A DNA stretch of 64,000 nucleotides, taken from positions 9,486,001 to 9,550,000 of the forward strand of contig JBHGNT010000006.1 in NCBI GenBank assembly GCA_043228905.1, in the 5' to 3' direction. Within the stretch, counting starts at the first letter, position 1; each line of letters opens with the position of its first letter. The DNA is from Azolla caroliniana. Lineage: Eukaryota > Plantae > Polypodiophyta. Both the position numbers and the translations under genes were made by a program. The notes beneath the pieces were generated by a model. That model was not told the DNA's origin and ran no database searches. It saw only the letters and a list, made by a program, of their open reading frames with translations. Of the stretch, positions 62,375-64,000 are shown piece by piece.

Positions 62375-63787
62375 GAGCCTCGACGAGATGGCCGTGGAAG
62401 AAGAGCTTGCAGAGAGCCACTACGCCAGGCCTCATTGGGCAAGAGAGACTACAGAAACCCCGGTTCGTATCGGGGACGTGAAGGAACCGGTGGTGGCATT
62501 AATCGATCACAGGTTGGAAATTAACCTGATGTCCATGGACCTCTCTACAAAAAGGGGAATTGGCCGATCAACACCAAACACGGGTGGAAGATATGTGCAG
62601 CTACAAGAGCCACAGAAGAACTACACGGGGCTTGCCCGAATGTCAGGGTGAGCGTCGGAGACGTCGATATAAACCAACACTTTTTCGTGCAAGAGACGTC
62701 CTCCCATCTGGTCATCCTAGGCGAACCATACATCACGGCAACCAGAATGGAAACGAAAGTACTGGACAATGATTTAGCCTATGCAAGGGTAAAGAGTCAG
62801 GGCGACGGTCATTCCGTCCAATTTTTGACCGTTCGGAAGAATCATGAGCGGAACAGGGACACCCTCGGAAATAACGACAAGCCGGATTCTAAGAAAGGGC
62901 TATCAAGGCGTGGAGCCGCGATAGTCTGAATAGCCGGAGAATTCCCCACACCTGTAAAATAGAAATGAAAATTTTGTTCTCCGACAACGGGGGATGTACC
63001 ATAGCCAGCATCAGTGGCCGAGAAAGAAAACGGGCCGAGATACTCTTACAGGTGTGCGGAGCCTTCAGTCACGACAAATGGATTGGGGAAGCCGTGGAGG
63101 CGGTCTCGTTCGATGACACCCTTGGAGATATCGGGAAGGTAGTCGAAGGAGGCCTAAGCGAAGATCGAGTCATACCGGTCAACTCGGTCTACATGTATGA
63201 AGTCATTGCGGACTTCGAAAGAAAAACCAGAGCGCATCGGATCGCCCGAGTAGACACCAAGTACAAGACTGTGGACCGGAAGGTGAAGCCCGTCGCGGCT
63301 CCCTTATCGGAGGGTAGTTGGGAACGAATAAAGGGGGTCGCTACCGAATCGAGCTTGCGAGATCCGGCCGACATAGGACACCGTTTCACCGACAAAACTC
63401 TATGATAGCTGAAGATCGGTGGGGGTGGCTTCCTAATGCCGGCGGAAGAGGACTGGTTCAGAAGGATGCTCAAGAGGCACGAGAAAGCCTTCGCATTCTC
63501 GCCGGGAGAGATCGGTTGTGTTGACCCAACCATTGTCGAACCAATGGTGATCTTTATCATGCCGCACGTGCCATGGAGTCTCAAACCGATTCAAGTACCA
63601 AGAGCTCACATGCCAATGTTGATGGAGCTTCGTAAGCAGAACGTGGAGTTGGGCTTCCTCGAACCATCGAGTGCCCCTTACTCTAACCAGTGGTTTACGG
63701 TACCAAAGAAGAACGGTACGCTGCGGTTCATCCAGGACTTACAACCGGTCAACAAGGTGACCATCCACAATACGGGAGTTGGGCCAT
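62375..63787 (+). pseudogene. pol: Ty3/gypsy pol fragment (aspartic protease then RT N-terminus), frameshifted
   Basis: VALIDH..EINLM protease-like motif; PSSAPYSNQWFTVPKKNGTLRFIQDLQPVNKVT RT start; PR directly before RT is gypsy order. Confidence 0.85.
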
Positions 63788-64000
63788 TGTCGTGGAGAAA
63801 ACCGTCCCTAGGCGGAATCGGAGAATGATGTGCGTGAACCGGCCCTTACACGCGGGCACAAGTTCTGTTGTATTGTACATATTTAGGTACAAGTTGGCTG
63901 ATGTGAATATCCTAGGTCGCACGGATTTGATAGGTTGGAAATCGAGGCGTATCTCTGTCCAAAAGGATAGAGAATAAAGATGATGTAATGGGTTGTAACA
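63788..64000. repeat. Probable LTR end interrupting the gypsy RT, running off the window
   Basis: RT similarity stops abruptly at TGTCGTGGAG, resembling other gypsy LTR termini here. Confidence 0.55.

Overview
Land-plant nuclear DNA (non-flowering lineage suspected, not provable here) made almost entirely of nested, mostly decayed LTR retrotransposons. At least four Ty1/copia families are present, labelled A, B, C and E; A, C and E show tRNA-iMet primer sites. There is also a tRNA-Trp-primed Ty3/gypsy group. Target-site duplications (TSDs) resolve the nesting. B contains C and a 1.47-kb non-coding LTR element. Family-A copy G contains an 18.9-kb inflated copy F, which holds E2 and a gag-only gypsy H, and H's own 5' LTR is interrupted. 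G is then hit by an LTR-in-LTR-in-LTR stack ending in E3, which holds a very young copia element I with one nonsense codon. The only host-like gene is a two-exon acidic, low-complexity protein gene (24664-26356, minus) in an AT-rich island. No rRNA, tRNA gene or CRISPR was seen. The most notable observations are: a 4-bp ACGC TSD at two independent insertions of the Trp-primed gypsy family; its gag-only structure; a gag capsid swap between copia subfamilies; strong CCGG enrichment in one copia family; a PPT-LTR-PBS permuted gypsy fragment; and a long inverted repeat. None is proof of a new biological system. All calls were made by eye without database searches.
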